This document shows, piece by piece, positions 1-6,651 of a DNA stretch of 10,137 nucleotides. Position 1 is the first letter of the stretch. Each line of letters opens with the position of its first letter. The notes beneath the pieces were generated by a model. That model was not told where the DNA came from. It made no database searches and worked only from the letters and a program-made list of their open reading frames with translations. Source of the DNA: a virus (lineage: Duplodnaviria; Heunggongvirae; Uroviricota; Caudoviricetes); the IMG/VR virus record IMGVR_UViG_2529292716_000008. One strand, given 5' to 3'. The translations under genes were made by a program, and so were the position numbers.

Positions 1-1239
1 ATGAGCAGCGCAATTCATAGACTTAGCGACACTCTTTTACGAAAATTAAGCGGATCACCAACCACAAAAAACGCCTTTTTTAATGACGGTGGCAATCTTA
101 GCGTAAGACATTCCACCAGCGGCCTGTTAACCTGGTATTTCACTTACAGGGCCGGAACTGGCAGGCAGGTATCACCGGAACGCCTGAGACTGGGCAACTA
201 TCCCGATCTGAGCCTGAAAGCAGCCAGGGAAAAAGCGGCACAGTGTCGCGCCTGGCTGGCTGAGGGGAAAAATCCGCGCTATGAGCTTAATCGTGCTGTA
301 CAGGATGCGTTAGCCCCCGTGACAGTTAAGGAAGCGCTCACTTACTGGCTTGAATCGTATGCAAAGGAAAAGCGCACTGACTACGAATCACTGAAAAGCC
401 GGATCAATAAACACATAATCAGCCAGATTGGCGCTTTGCCGTTGGAAAAATGCGAGCTACGGCACTGGTTGGCATGTTTTGACCAGATGGCAAAGCGAAG
501 CCCAGTATCTGCCGGATTTTTGCTACAGGTATGCAAACAGGCGCTTAAGTACTGCCGAAAACGACGATACGCAATCAGCAACGTTCTTGATGATATGGTT
601 GTCGGTGATGTGGGAAAAAAAGCAGAAATAAGCGAGCGCGTACTAACAAACAAGGAGCTTGGGGAATTACTCCGCGCCCTGGATGAAAAAATTTACCCAC
701 CGTACTACAGCGCCCTGATTCGCCTCCTGATTGTCTTCGGATGCCGTGCCACTGAGCTAAGACGCTCTGAGGTCCAGGAATGGGATTTTAAAGAAATGCT
801 CTGGACCGTGCCGAAAGAACACAGCAAAACGAAGGTAGCAATATTCAGGCCAATACCGGAAGCGATCTTGCCGTTCGTAACGAAGCTGGTGGAGCAGAAC
901 AGGCACACGGGATTATTGCTCGGAGAACTGAAAGGGCAATCATCCGTATCAGAGTACGGAAGAACGGCACACAGACGCATTAATCAAGCCCCCTGGACGT
1001 TGCACGACATCCGGCACACGTTTACAACGATGCTGAACGATTTAGGCGTGGATCCTCATGTAGTGGAGCAGCTAACCGCGCACCAGTTGCCAGGAGTGCA
1101 ACGAGTCTATAATCACTCCCGTTATCTCGATGCAAAACGTGACGCTCTTAATCTATGGGTTGAGCGTCTCGAGCTTCTCCAGAACAATGATGAAAAAATC
1201 GTTGTTATGACCCCGCGAATTTACTCCCAAAATTCTTGA
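1..1239 (+). CDS. int: Tyrosine recombinase / integrase, P4-like family
   Basis: 412-aa ORF starting at window position 1. C-terminal catalytic signature of tyrosine recombinases is visible: HxxR box (LHDIRHTF) and a downstream Tyr (RVYNHSRY). Length and layout are typical of P4-type integrases of integrated elements. The att site and any flanking tRNA lie outside the window. Confidence 0.9.
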   Translation: MSSAIHRLSDTLLRKLSGSPTTKNAFFNDGGNLSVRHSTSGLLTWYFTYRAGTGRQVSPERLRLGNYPDLSLKAAREKAAQCRAWLAEGKNPRYELNRAVQDALAPVTVKEALTYWLESYAKEKRTDYESLKSRINKHIISQIGALPLEKCELRHWLACFDQMAKRSPVSAGFLLQVCKQALKYCRKRRYAISNVLDDMVVGDVGKKAEISERVLTNKELGELLRALDEKIYPPYYSALIRLLIVFGCRATELRRSEVQEWDFKEMLWTVPKEHSKTKVAIFRPIPEAILPFVTKLVEQNRHTGLLLGELKGQSSVSEYGRTAHRRINQAPWTLHDIRHTFTTMLNDLGVDPHVVEQLTAHQLPGVQRVYNHSRYLDAKRDALNLWVERLELLQNNDEKIVVMTPRIYSQNS

Positions 1240-1282
1240 CAAATTACGGCTGTTTTTCTTGCGAAAAATGGCCCTCTAAAAT

Positions 1283-1316
1283 AAATCGTCGAATATCGGC
1301 AAATATCGACGATTTA
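1283..1316 (+). terminator. Imperfect inverted repeat followed by a T-rich tract; possible int terminator or protein-binding dyad
   Basis: AAATCGTCGA (1283-1292) pairs with TCGACGATTT (1306-1315) around a 13-nt loop, followed by TATATG. About 45 bp downstream of the int stop codon. Not folded computationally. Confidence 0.3.
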
Positions 1317-1534
1317 TATGTGTCAACTATCGAAAAAAATTGAAATGTCTTCTTCTGAGTTCTTATTCTCTGTTTCTTGATTATTCCAATACCTGATGGT
1401 TTATCTATTTGTTTTTAATGAGGTAATTCAGGTGTCATGCCAAATGGCGACATTTTTTGTTGCGTCGCTTAAAAACTCGTGACACGATTTTAAACACTAA
1501 CGAGCTTCTACGAACCTTAGCGAACAAAGCCTTT

Positions 1535-1543
1535 AGCATGGTT
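1535..1543. repeat. IS1 target-site duplication, left copy (AGCATGGTT)
   Basis: The 9 bp immediately left of the IS1 left end are identical to the 9 bp immediately right of the IS1 right end (2312-2320). Confidence 0.9.
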
Positions 1544-1598
1544 GGTGATGCTGCCAACTTACTGATTTAGTGTATGATGGTGTTTTTGAGGTGCTCCA

Positions 1599-1874
1599 GT
1601 GGCTTCTGTTTCTATCAGCTGTCCCTCCTGTTCAGCTACTGACGGGGTGGTGCGTAACGGCAAAAGCACTGCCGGACATCAGCGCTATCTCTGCTCTCAC
1701 TGCCGTAAAACATGGCAACTGCAGTTCACTTACACCGCTTCTCAACCCGGTACGCACCAGAAAATCATTGATATGGCCATGAATGGCGTTGGATGCCGGG
1801 CAACTGCACGCATTATGGGCGTTGGCCTCAACACGATTTTACGTCACTTAAAAAACTCAGGCCGCAGTCGGTAA
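1599..1874 (+). CDS. insA: IS1 InsA (transposition inhibitor / N-terminal part of InsAB' transposase)
   Basis: 91-aa [43 protein letters not shown]... with zinc-finger-like CxxC...CxxC and HTH region, recognised as IS1 InsA. Confidence 0.9.
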
Positions 1875-2296
1875 CCTTGCGCATACAGCCGGGCAGTGAC
1901 GTCATCGTCTGCGCGGAAATGGACGAACAGTGGGGCTATGTCGGGGCTAAATCGCGCCAGCGCTGGCTGTTTTACGCGTATGACAGTCTCCGGAAGACGG
2001 TTGTTGCGCACGTATTCGGTGAACGCACTATGGCGACGCTGGGGCGTCTTATGAGCCTGCTGTCACCCTTTGACGTGGTGATATGGATGACGGATGGCTG
2101 GCCGCTGTATGAATCCCGCCTGAAGGGAAAGCTGCACGTAATCAGCAAGCGATATACGCAGCGAATTGAGCGGCATAACCTGAATCTGAGGCAGCACCTG
2201 GCACGGCTGGGACGGAAGTCGCTGTCGTTCTCAAAATCGGTGGAGCTGCATGACAAAGTCATCGGGCATTATCTGAACATAAAACACTATCAATAA
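1793..2296 (+). CDS. insB: IS1 InsB reading frame (expressed as InsAB' transposase by -1 frameshift at the A6C motif)
   Basis: ORF in the -1 frame relative to insA, overlapping its 3' end. The A6C slippery motif at 1850-1856 is the known IS1 frameshift site. Coordinates are those of the open frame from the ORF track, not an independent start. Confidence 0.85.
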
Positions 2297-2311
2297 GTTG
2301 GAGTCATTACC

Positions 2312-2320
2312 AGCATGGTT
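2312..2320. repeat. IS1 target-site duplication, right copy (AGCATGGTT)
   Basis: Identical to 1535-1543 and immediately abuts the IS1 right end. Confidence 0.9.
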
Positions 2321-2425
2321 GTGTTTTTAATTTAAGAGGTGAAAAAGAATCTAAGTAATATCCGATCTCATATATCTACAGCTAAGAGAAAAGTTTATAT
2401 ACGTAATTTTTATGTAGGTTTTTGT

Positions 2426-2635
2426 ATGCGTGAAATAAATGAAGATCGCGTAATCCGTGAGGATGAATGTCGTAAGTTAACTGGAGTGTGCCGCACTACA
2501 CGTTACGAACTGGAGAAAAAAGGGCGCTTTCCGTCACGTCTTAATCTGGGCGGTCGTTCTGTAGGGTGGCTGCTGTCCGAGGTTATGGAATGGGTTAAAA
2601 GCCGGGATCGCATTAATTCAGGTAAGGCAGTGTAA
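2426..2635 (+). CDS. alpA: AlpA-family (MerR-like HTH) transcriptional regulator
   Basis: 69 aa from the ATG at 2426, in frame within track ORF 2339..2635. Carries the AlpA-type motif ...LTGVCRTTRYELEKKGRFPSRLNLGGRSVGWLLSEVMEWV... Size matches the ~70-aa AlpA family. I prefer the ATG at 2426 over the upstream GTG at 2339, which would add a low-complexity 29-aa leader. Confidence 0.8.
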   Translation: MREINEDRVIREDECRKLTGVCRTTRYELEKKGRFPSRLNLGGRSVGWLLSEVMEWVKSRDRINSGKAV

Positions 2636-2662
2636 AGGGGAGCATATGACACATAAAACAAA

Positions 2663-2682
2663 GGCGACCTGGGGCGGTCGCC
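2663..2682. terminator. GC-rich hairpin between convergent transcription units (putative bidirectional terminator)
   Basis: GGCGACC (2663-2669) / GGTCGCC (2676-2682) stem with a 6-nt loop. On the minus strand it is followed by TTTGTTTTAT (good T-tract); on the plus strand by AGTTTGG (weak). Sits just after the alpA stop (2635) and downstream of the minus-strand unit. Confidence 0.45.
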
Positions 2683-2746
2683 AGTTTGGAAACACTAAAC
2701 ATAAGCATGTCAATGATAGCCGCTATCAGGCTGGTGGGCAATGCTA

Positions 2747-2923
2747 TCAGTCTGTTTCAGTGCGTTGCCATAACTGCGAAGCTCTCTCCTTTGATGAGTA
2801 TTCTTTAAGGTACTTCTCAAGGGCAAAAGAACACGGCGCGAATCGTTCTGATTCATGCTCTTTCTTTCTGCGTCGTCTTTTTCGTGCAGGTGATGTTTTT
2901 TTGGTTGATTCTTCGTTGGTCAT
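2747..2923 (-). CDS. Possible small basic protein (58 aa), very tentative
   Basis: Minus-strand ORF translated by hand: MTNEESTKKTSPARKRRRRKKEHESERFAPCSFALEKYLKEYSSKERASQLWQRTETD. It lies between the minus-strand regulator gene and the hairpin terminator. There is no convincing SD, and the region is purine-rich on the minus strand, which produces K/R/E-rich ORFs by chance. Below the 60-aa cutoff of the ORF track. Confidence 0.2.
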   Translation of the reverse strand: MTNEESTKKTSPARKRRRRKKEHESERFAPCSFALEKYLKEYSSKERASQLWQRTETD

Positions 2924-2980
2924 TGTGTGCGCCTGTAAAGCAATGCGCCGGAGTTCCTCACACCACGGCGCTGATAGTGA

Positions 2981-3286
2981 TTATTCTGATTCTTTGGCCT
3001 TGCGGCGCTGGAGTTCTTCGCGTGCAACGGTGATAAGCTGCCCGATTTCCTCCGCTGCCTTGATGCCGATTTGTTCGACATTAGCTAGGGCATCCAGTGA
3101 AGACACAAGGGGATTTTCTCCACTTCCTTCTGCCTGGCGCCTGGCGATCTCACCGCGTACAGCCGTAACTATAAAATTCGCTTTAGTTTCCCCTGGCTGT
3201 AGGGATGCCTCAATGCCACTCACTACTTCATGTGGAAATCTGGCATTCAGTTGCTGTGACTTATTGTTAACAGAACTCCTGGACAT
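2981..3286 (-). CDS. Small DNA-binding regulator, possibly ribbon-helix-helix type (candidate island repressor)
   Basis: 101 aa from the ATG at 3286 (MSRSSVNNKSQQLNARFPHEVVSGIEASLQPGETKANFIVTAVRGEIARRQ...), preceded by a strong SD (GGAGGTG, plus-strand complement at 3293-3299). The N-terminus has a beta-strand / helix / loop / helix pattern compatible with an RHH fold. Divergently oriented from the downstream + operon, with repeated operator-like sites in the shared intergenic region. Fold assignment is inference only. Confidence 0.55.
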   Translation of the reverse strand: MSRSSVNNKSQQLNARFPHEVVSGIEASLQPGETKANFIVTAVRGEIARRQAEGSGENPLVSSLDALANVEQIGIKAAEEIGQLITVAREELQRRKAKESE

Positions 3287-3329
3287 GTTTGCACCTCCCA
3301 TTAATAACGGGATGCAGTGTAATACAAAA

Positions 3330-3384
3330 GTGAATACCAAAAAAGACTTGAAATGGTATTCACCTAAATGTAATGTGAATACCA
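3330..3384. promoter_or_regulatory. Three copies of a 10-bp operator-like site GTGAATACCA (direct, inverted, direct) in a divergent promoter region
   Basis: GTGAATACCA at 3330-3339, its reverse complement TGGTATTCAC at 3354-3363, and GTGAATACCA at 3375-3384. Centre-to-centre spacing is 24 and 21 bp. Located between the minus-strand regulator start (3286) and the first + operon gene (3487). Confidence 0.55.
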
Positions 3385-3421
3385 CAAGTGCTGATACATG
3401 CAATTCAGCAATTGAAACGAC

Positions 3422-3458
3422 GAAGCCCCGCAAGTGTCGTTACCACTCGCAGGGCTTC
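3422..3458 (+). other. Imperfect hairpin in the leader of the + operon
   Basis: GAAGCCC (3422-3428) pairs with GGGCTTC (3452-3458). An inner CGCAAGTG / CACTCGCA near-complement extends the stem. Ends ~30 nt upstream of the ATG at 3487. No T-tract, so not a classic terminator. Confidence 0.3.
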
Positions 3459-3486
3459 TAACCAACAACGTAAACGAGGAGCCGTT

Positions 3487-3684
3487 ATGGTTGCCGTAAA
3501 TCATATACCACACCTTGTACACACACAAACGGCCTTTGTGTGGCGTTTTCTGGCCCTGAGTGCCGGAGAATCTCAAATCATCCACGTAACCGCCTGGACG
3601 GAACGCGAAGCGCGTAACCGTTGCCCGTCAGGTTGTGTTGCTGTATTCGCCGCCCGTATTCGTCAGGAGGTGTGCCATGCCTGA
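3487..3684 (+). CDS. Small hypothetical protein (65 aa); faint resemblance to Icd-like small proteins of P4-like islands (unverified)
   Basis: ATG at 3487 preceded by GAGGAG (3476-3481, 5-nt spacer). Protein MVAVNHIPHLVHTQTAFVWRFLALSAGESQIIHVTAWTEREARNRCPSGCVAVFAARIRQEVCHA. First gene of the operon leading to the primase. The Icd-like resemblance is from memory of the family and needs a search. Confidence 0.5.
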   Translation: MVAVNHIPHLVHTQTAFVWRFLALSAGESQIIHVTAWTEREARNRCPSGCVAVFAARIRQEVCHA

Positions 3685-3997
3685 CATGACCAATTACCAG
3701 TACCTGATTAATCCGCATTTTAACTGTGAGCATGATATTGCTAAAAAGGTTTATTCCGCTGCGGATGGGGCTACTGACAATATATCAATGGCTGTTGCGT
3801 CAATTGGTAGCCTGATGTGGCATGCGTCAGAAAATGAGGAATATGACGAAAAGGCTATGCGCATTGACATGGGTAATATTGGCTTGTTACTGGCAATGCT
3901 TGGGCAGTTTGATATTTCGTTACGGTGCACCATTGAAAATGCCACAGATGCATTAAATGCCATAGAGAAAGCGAATACTGATTCAAATCTGAGATAA
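3677..3997 (+). CDS. Hypothetical acidic protein (106 aa)
   Basis: ATG at 3677 preceded by AGGAGG (3665-3670, 6-nt spacer). Overlaps the upstream gene's stop by 8 nt (translational coupling). Protein MPDMTNYQYLINPHFNCEHDIAKKVYSAADGATDNISMAVASIGSLMWHASENEEYDEKAMRIDMGN... No motif I can recognise. Confidence 0.55.
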   Translation: MPDMTNYQYLINPHFNCEHDIAKKVYSAADGATDNISMAVASIGSLMWHASENEEYDEKAMRIDMGNIGLLLAMLGQFDISLRCTIENATDALNAIEKANTDSNLR

Positions 3998-4003
3998 ATA
4001 ATC

Positions 4004-4303
4004 ATGAGAACGTATTTATCTGGCTTGACTGCCAGCGGTTATGCACACCCCAAAATTATCCCCGGCGCTATTTATCTGGATAAGAACGGTAACAGAGTAA
4101 CGGTAAAAGAACTGATGTTTGACCGTGTGTATTTTATTCGTGATGGCTATTCATTTCATAGTTCGCTGAACGTGGAGATCTTTATTAGCAGATTCAGGCG
4201 GGAAATCCCGCTTTCCAGAAATAACCATGTGTCATGTATGGATGTTGATAAAAAACTACAGGAACTGAAAAACATGATTGCCGCGTGGAGAGAGCAGAAA
4301 TGA
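4004..4303 (+). CDS. Hypothetical protein (99 aa)
   Basis: ATG at 4004, 7 nt after the upstream stop. Its stop overlaps the primase start (ATGA at 4300-4303). Weak SD. Protein MRTYLSGLTASGYAHPKIIPGAIYLDKNGNRVTVKELMFDRVYFIRDGYSFHSS... No recognisable motif. Confidence 0.5.
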   Translation: MRTYLSGLTASGYAHPKIIPGAIYLDKNGNRVTVKELMFDRVYFIRDGYSFHSSLNVEIFISRFRREIPLSRNNHVSCMDVDKKLQELKNMIAAWREQK

Positions 4304-6102
4304 AAAAAGCGCCAAATTTAAAACACCAGCCGCGTGACAAAATGACGGAAGTCATCATTTTTGCGGGTAATGATGCGTGGGCACATGCGAAGCAGTGGCA
4401 GGAACAGGACGGGCGACTGGCTGGCGACAGCGTGCCTCCTGTCTGGCTTGGAGAACAACAACTTGCCGAACTGGATAAGCTGCAAATCGTACCGGACGGA
4501 CGCTATCGGGTGCGTCTCTACCAGGCGGGGTTATTGCGTCCGGGGCTTGTTAATACCATCGGGCAGAAACTGGCAGCGGCAGGTGTCAGGGATGCTGATT
4601 ATTACCCTGAAGGAATGCACAGCCAGAAACGGGAGAACTGGCGCGAATATCTGGAACGTGAACGGGCAGAGCAGGCGGAAAAGAAAAAGGTAGTTGAACT
4701 GCCTGTAAAGAAAAAAGAGCGGGTAAAAGACGATAACGCTTCATCACTGGCGCTTAACCAGATGGGAGCAAGTCAACGCGGCGAAGTTCTCCTGGCACAT
4801 TATGGCGGTGAACTGGCGATTCATGCTGACTCTGACACTGTTCACCATTACAACGGCGTTGTATGGGAGCCAGTACAGGATAAAGAATTACAGCGAGCTA
4901 TGGCACAGATTTTCATTGATGCGGAGATCAGCTATTCGCAGAACGCCATTAAATCGGCGGTCGATACCATGAAGTTAAGTTTGCCTGTAATGGGGAATAC
5001 AGCCCGTAACCTGATTGGATTCAGTAACGGGGTATTTGATACCAGAACAGGTAATTTTCGGGAGCATAACAAAAACGACTGGTTGTTAATTGCCAGTGAA
5101 TTACCTTTCAGCCCACCAGCAGAGGGGGAAACGCTGGCAACACATGCGCCGAATTTCTGGAAGTGGTTACGCCGTTCGGTGGCTGAGAATGACCGCAAGG
5201 CGGATCGCGTACTGGCTGTATTATTCATGGTGCTGGCGAACCGGTACGACTGGCAGTTATTCATTGAGGTAACAGGTCCAGGGGGAAGTGGTAAAAGCGT
5301 GATGGCGGAGATTTGCACCATGCTGGCGGGTAAGGCCAACACAGTATCGGCAAGCATGAAGGCGCTGGAAGATGCAAGGGAACGCGCGTTAGTGGTTGGC
5401 TTTTCGCTGATTATCATGCCGGATATGACCCGCTACGCTGGTGATGGGGCAGGGATTAAGGCCATTACAGGCGGTGACAAGGTGGCAATTGACCCGAAAC
5501 ACAAAGCCCCCTACTCAACGCGTATTCCGGCAGTAGTGCTGGCGGTTAACAATAACGCCATGTCATTCAGTGACCGCAGCGGGGGGATCTCACGTCGTCG
5601 GGTGATATTCAATTTTTCGGAAGTTGTACCGGAGAACGAACGCGACCCCATGCTGGCAGAAAAAATAGAAGGAGAGCTGGCGGTTGTGATTCGCCACCTG
5701 CTTACTCGTTTTTCTGACCAGGACGAAGCTAAACGCCTGCTGTATGAGCAGCAGAAATCAGAAGAAGCTCTGGTGATAAAACGCGAGGGCGATTCGCTGG
5801 TGGACTTCTGCGGCTATCTCATGTCGTCGGTAATGTGTGATGGTCTGTTAGTGGGTAATGCCGAAATTATTCCGTTCAGTCCGCGCAGGTATCTTTATCA
5901 CGCCTATCTGGCATATATGAGGGCACACGGATTCGGTAAACCTGTAACACTGACGCGCTTCGGTAAAGATATGCCGGGGGCAATGGCGGAATATGGCAGG
6001 GAGTATATGAAACGGAAAACGAAGCACGGTTTGCGTTCAAATGTGACCCTGACAGAGGATTCAGAAGACTGGATGCCATCATGTGCAATAGGTCACAAAT
6101 GA
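4300..6102 (+). CDS. P4 alpha-like replication protein: primase / SF3 (D5-type) helicase with C-terminal origin-binding region
   Basis: 600 aa from the ATG at 4300, with SD GGAGAGAG at 4287-4294. The track's GTG at 4285 is an alternative start. Walker A GPGGSGKS and a downstream ITGGDKVAIDPKHK motif are typical of the P4-family primase C-terminal / D5 helicase region. Followed immediately by TGTTCACC iterons, the P4 alpha binding sequence. Confidence 0.85.
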   Translation: MKKAPNLKHQPRDKMTEVIIFAGNDAWAHAKQWQEQDGRLAGDSVPPVWLGEQQLAELDKLQIVPDGRYRVRLYQAGLLRPGLVNTIGQKLAAAGVRDADYYPEGMHSQKRENWREYLERERAEQAEKKKVVELPVKKKERVKDDNASSLALNQMGASQRGEVLLAHYGGELAIHADSDTVHHYNGVVWEPVQDKELQRAMAQIFIDAEISYSQNAIKSAVDTMKLSLPVMGNTARNLIGFSNGVFDTRTGNFREHNKNDWLLIASELPFSPPAEGETLATHAPNFWKWLRRSVAENDRKADRVLAVLFMVLANRYDWQLFIEVTGPGGSGKSVMAEICTMLAGKANTVSASMKALEDARERALVVGFSLIIMPDMTRYAGDGAGIKAITGGDKVAIDPKHKAPYSTRIPAVVLAVNNNAMSFSDRSGGISRRRVIFNFSEVVPENERDPMLAEKIEGELAVVIRHLLTRFSDQDEAKRLLYEQQKSEEALVIKREGDSLVDFCGYLMSSVMCDGLLVGNAEIIPFSPRRYLYHAYLAYMRAHGFGKPVTLTRFGKDMPGAMAEYGREYMKRKTKHGLRSNVTLTEDSEDWMPSCAIGHK

Positions 6103-6127
6103 CGATGGAAAAAATTAAACTTATGGA

Positions 6128-6358
6128 ATAACTGTTCACCACTGTTCACCCTGCAATAAATGTCTTTTATATCAGTATATTATAGGGTGAACAGTTATTT
6201 ATGAACTGTTCACCAAACTATTCACTGTTCACCTTTTTGATTCTTTATTGAGCTTTAAGGGTGAACAGTGGTGAACAGTTGGTGAATAGTTTTTGTGAAA
6301 CTGTTAACCCATTAACATCATGAATAAAAAGGGAAAATTGCAAAAGGTGAACAGGTGA
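6128..6358. repeat. Iteron cluster: about nine copies of TGTTCACC / GGTGAACA flanking an AT-rich segment; putative ori (P4 ori/crr-like)
   Basis: Direct TGTTCACC at 6133, 6143, 6207 and 6226. Inverted GGTGAACA at 6186, 6260, 6270 and 6346, plus degenerate GGTGAATA at 6281. AT-rich stretch at 6151-6185. TGTTCACC is the type I iteron of the P4 ori and crr, bound by P4 alpha. Confidence 0.75.
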
Positions 6359-6405
6359 AGGGTTAAAATGCAAAAATTTTATTTTATTGCTGTGAGGTAA
6401 AGCCT

Positions 6406-6651
6406 GTGACAACGAAGCACGCCAAAAAACCACAATCTCACGCCCTTGATTTGACAGAACACTGGCTGAGGGTGGCGATAAAAATCATCGACCGCAACGC
6501 CGGGGAAGGATACGCGAAAGCACATCCCGAACTGATAAGCGCATTCATGACCACGACGGCGGCAAACTTTGCCACGCTGACAGAACGGGAGATTGCCGAA
6601 GCGGAACAGGTGACAACCATCAACGTTAAAACCGGAGAGCAGACAGCATGA
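6406..6651 (+). CDS. Hypothetical protein (81 aa), translationally coupled to ssb
   Basis: GTG start at 6406 preceded by GAGGT (6394-6398). Its stop overlaps the ssb start (ATGA at 6648-6651). Protein MTTKHAKKPQSHALDLTEHWLRVAIKIIDRNAGEGYAKAHPELISAFMTTTAANFATLTEREIAEAEQ... No recognised motif. Confidence 0.5.
   Translation: MTTKHAKKPQSHALDLTEHWLRVAIKIIDRNAGEGYAKAHPELISAFMTTTAANFATLTEREIAEAEQVTTINVKTGEQTA

Larger units (their letters stand above)
1544..2311 (+). mobile_element. Insertion sequence IS1 (768 bp), apparently intact
   Basis: Starts GGTGATGCTGCCAACTTACTGATTTAGTGTATG and ends AAGTTGGAGTCATTACC, matching the IS1 terminal inverted repeats as I recall them. Contains insA and insB with the A6C frameshift motif (TTAAAAAAC, 1848-1856). 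Flanked by a perfect 9-bp direct repeat, the TSD size expected for IS1. Confidence 0.95.

Noticed and set aside
1570-1782. 70-aa ORF inside IS1 in an alternative frame
   Set aside because: It overlaps insA in a different frame. IS1 is known to encode only insA and insB/InsAB'.
2339-2425. Upstream GTG start extending AlpA to 98 aa
   Set aside because: The extra 29 residues are low-complexity and would exceed the ~70-aa size of the AlpA family. The ATG at 2426 gives a protein of the expected length.
2646-3461. 271-aa + strand ORF beginning right after alpA with an SD-like AAGGGGAG upstream
   Set aside because: The translation is low-complexity (Ser/Cys/Arg-rich) with no protein-like features. 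It runs straight through the GC hairpin, the operator repeats and the whole minus-strand regulator gene, which has a much better start context. The SD-to-ATG spacing is only 3 nt. Treated as a spurious open frame.
4285-4299. GTG at 4285 as the primase start (track ORF start)
   Set aside because: The sequence GGAGAGAG at 4287-4294 is a good SD for the ATG at 4300, which also forms an ATGA overlap with the upstream gene's stop. The GTG would place the SD inside the coding region. Kept as an alternative only.
4361-5417. Internal and antisense ORFs within the primase gene (4361..4693 +, 4932..5417 -, 5090..5272 +)
   Set aside because: All lie inside the well-supported primase/helicase reading frame, lack start contexts, and translate to Arg/Ser/Cys-rich low-complexity sequence typical of off-frame reading.
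6128-6358. Short repeat cluster considered as a possible CRISPR array
   Set aside because: Repeats are only 8-10 bp, occur in both orientations and with irregular spacing, and match the P4 iteron sequence. There are no regularly spaced 25-40 bp repeats with unique spacers, so this is an iteron origin, not CRISPR.
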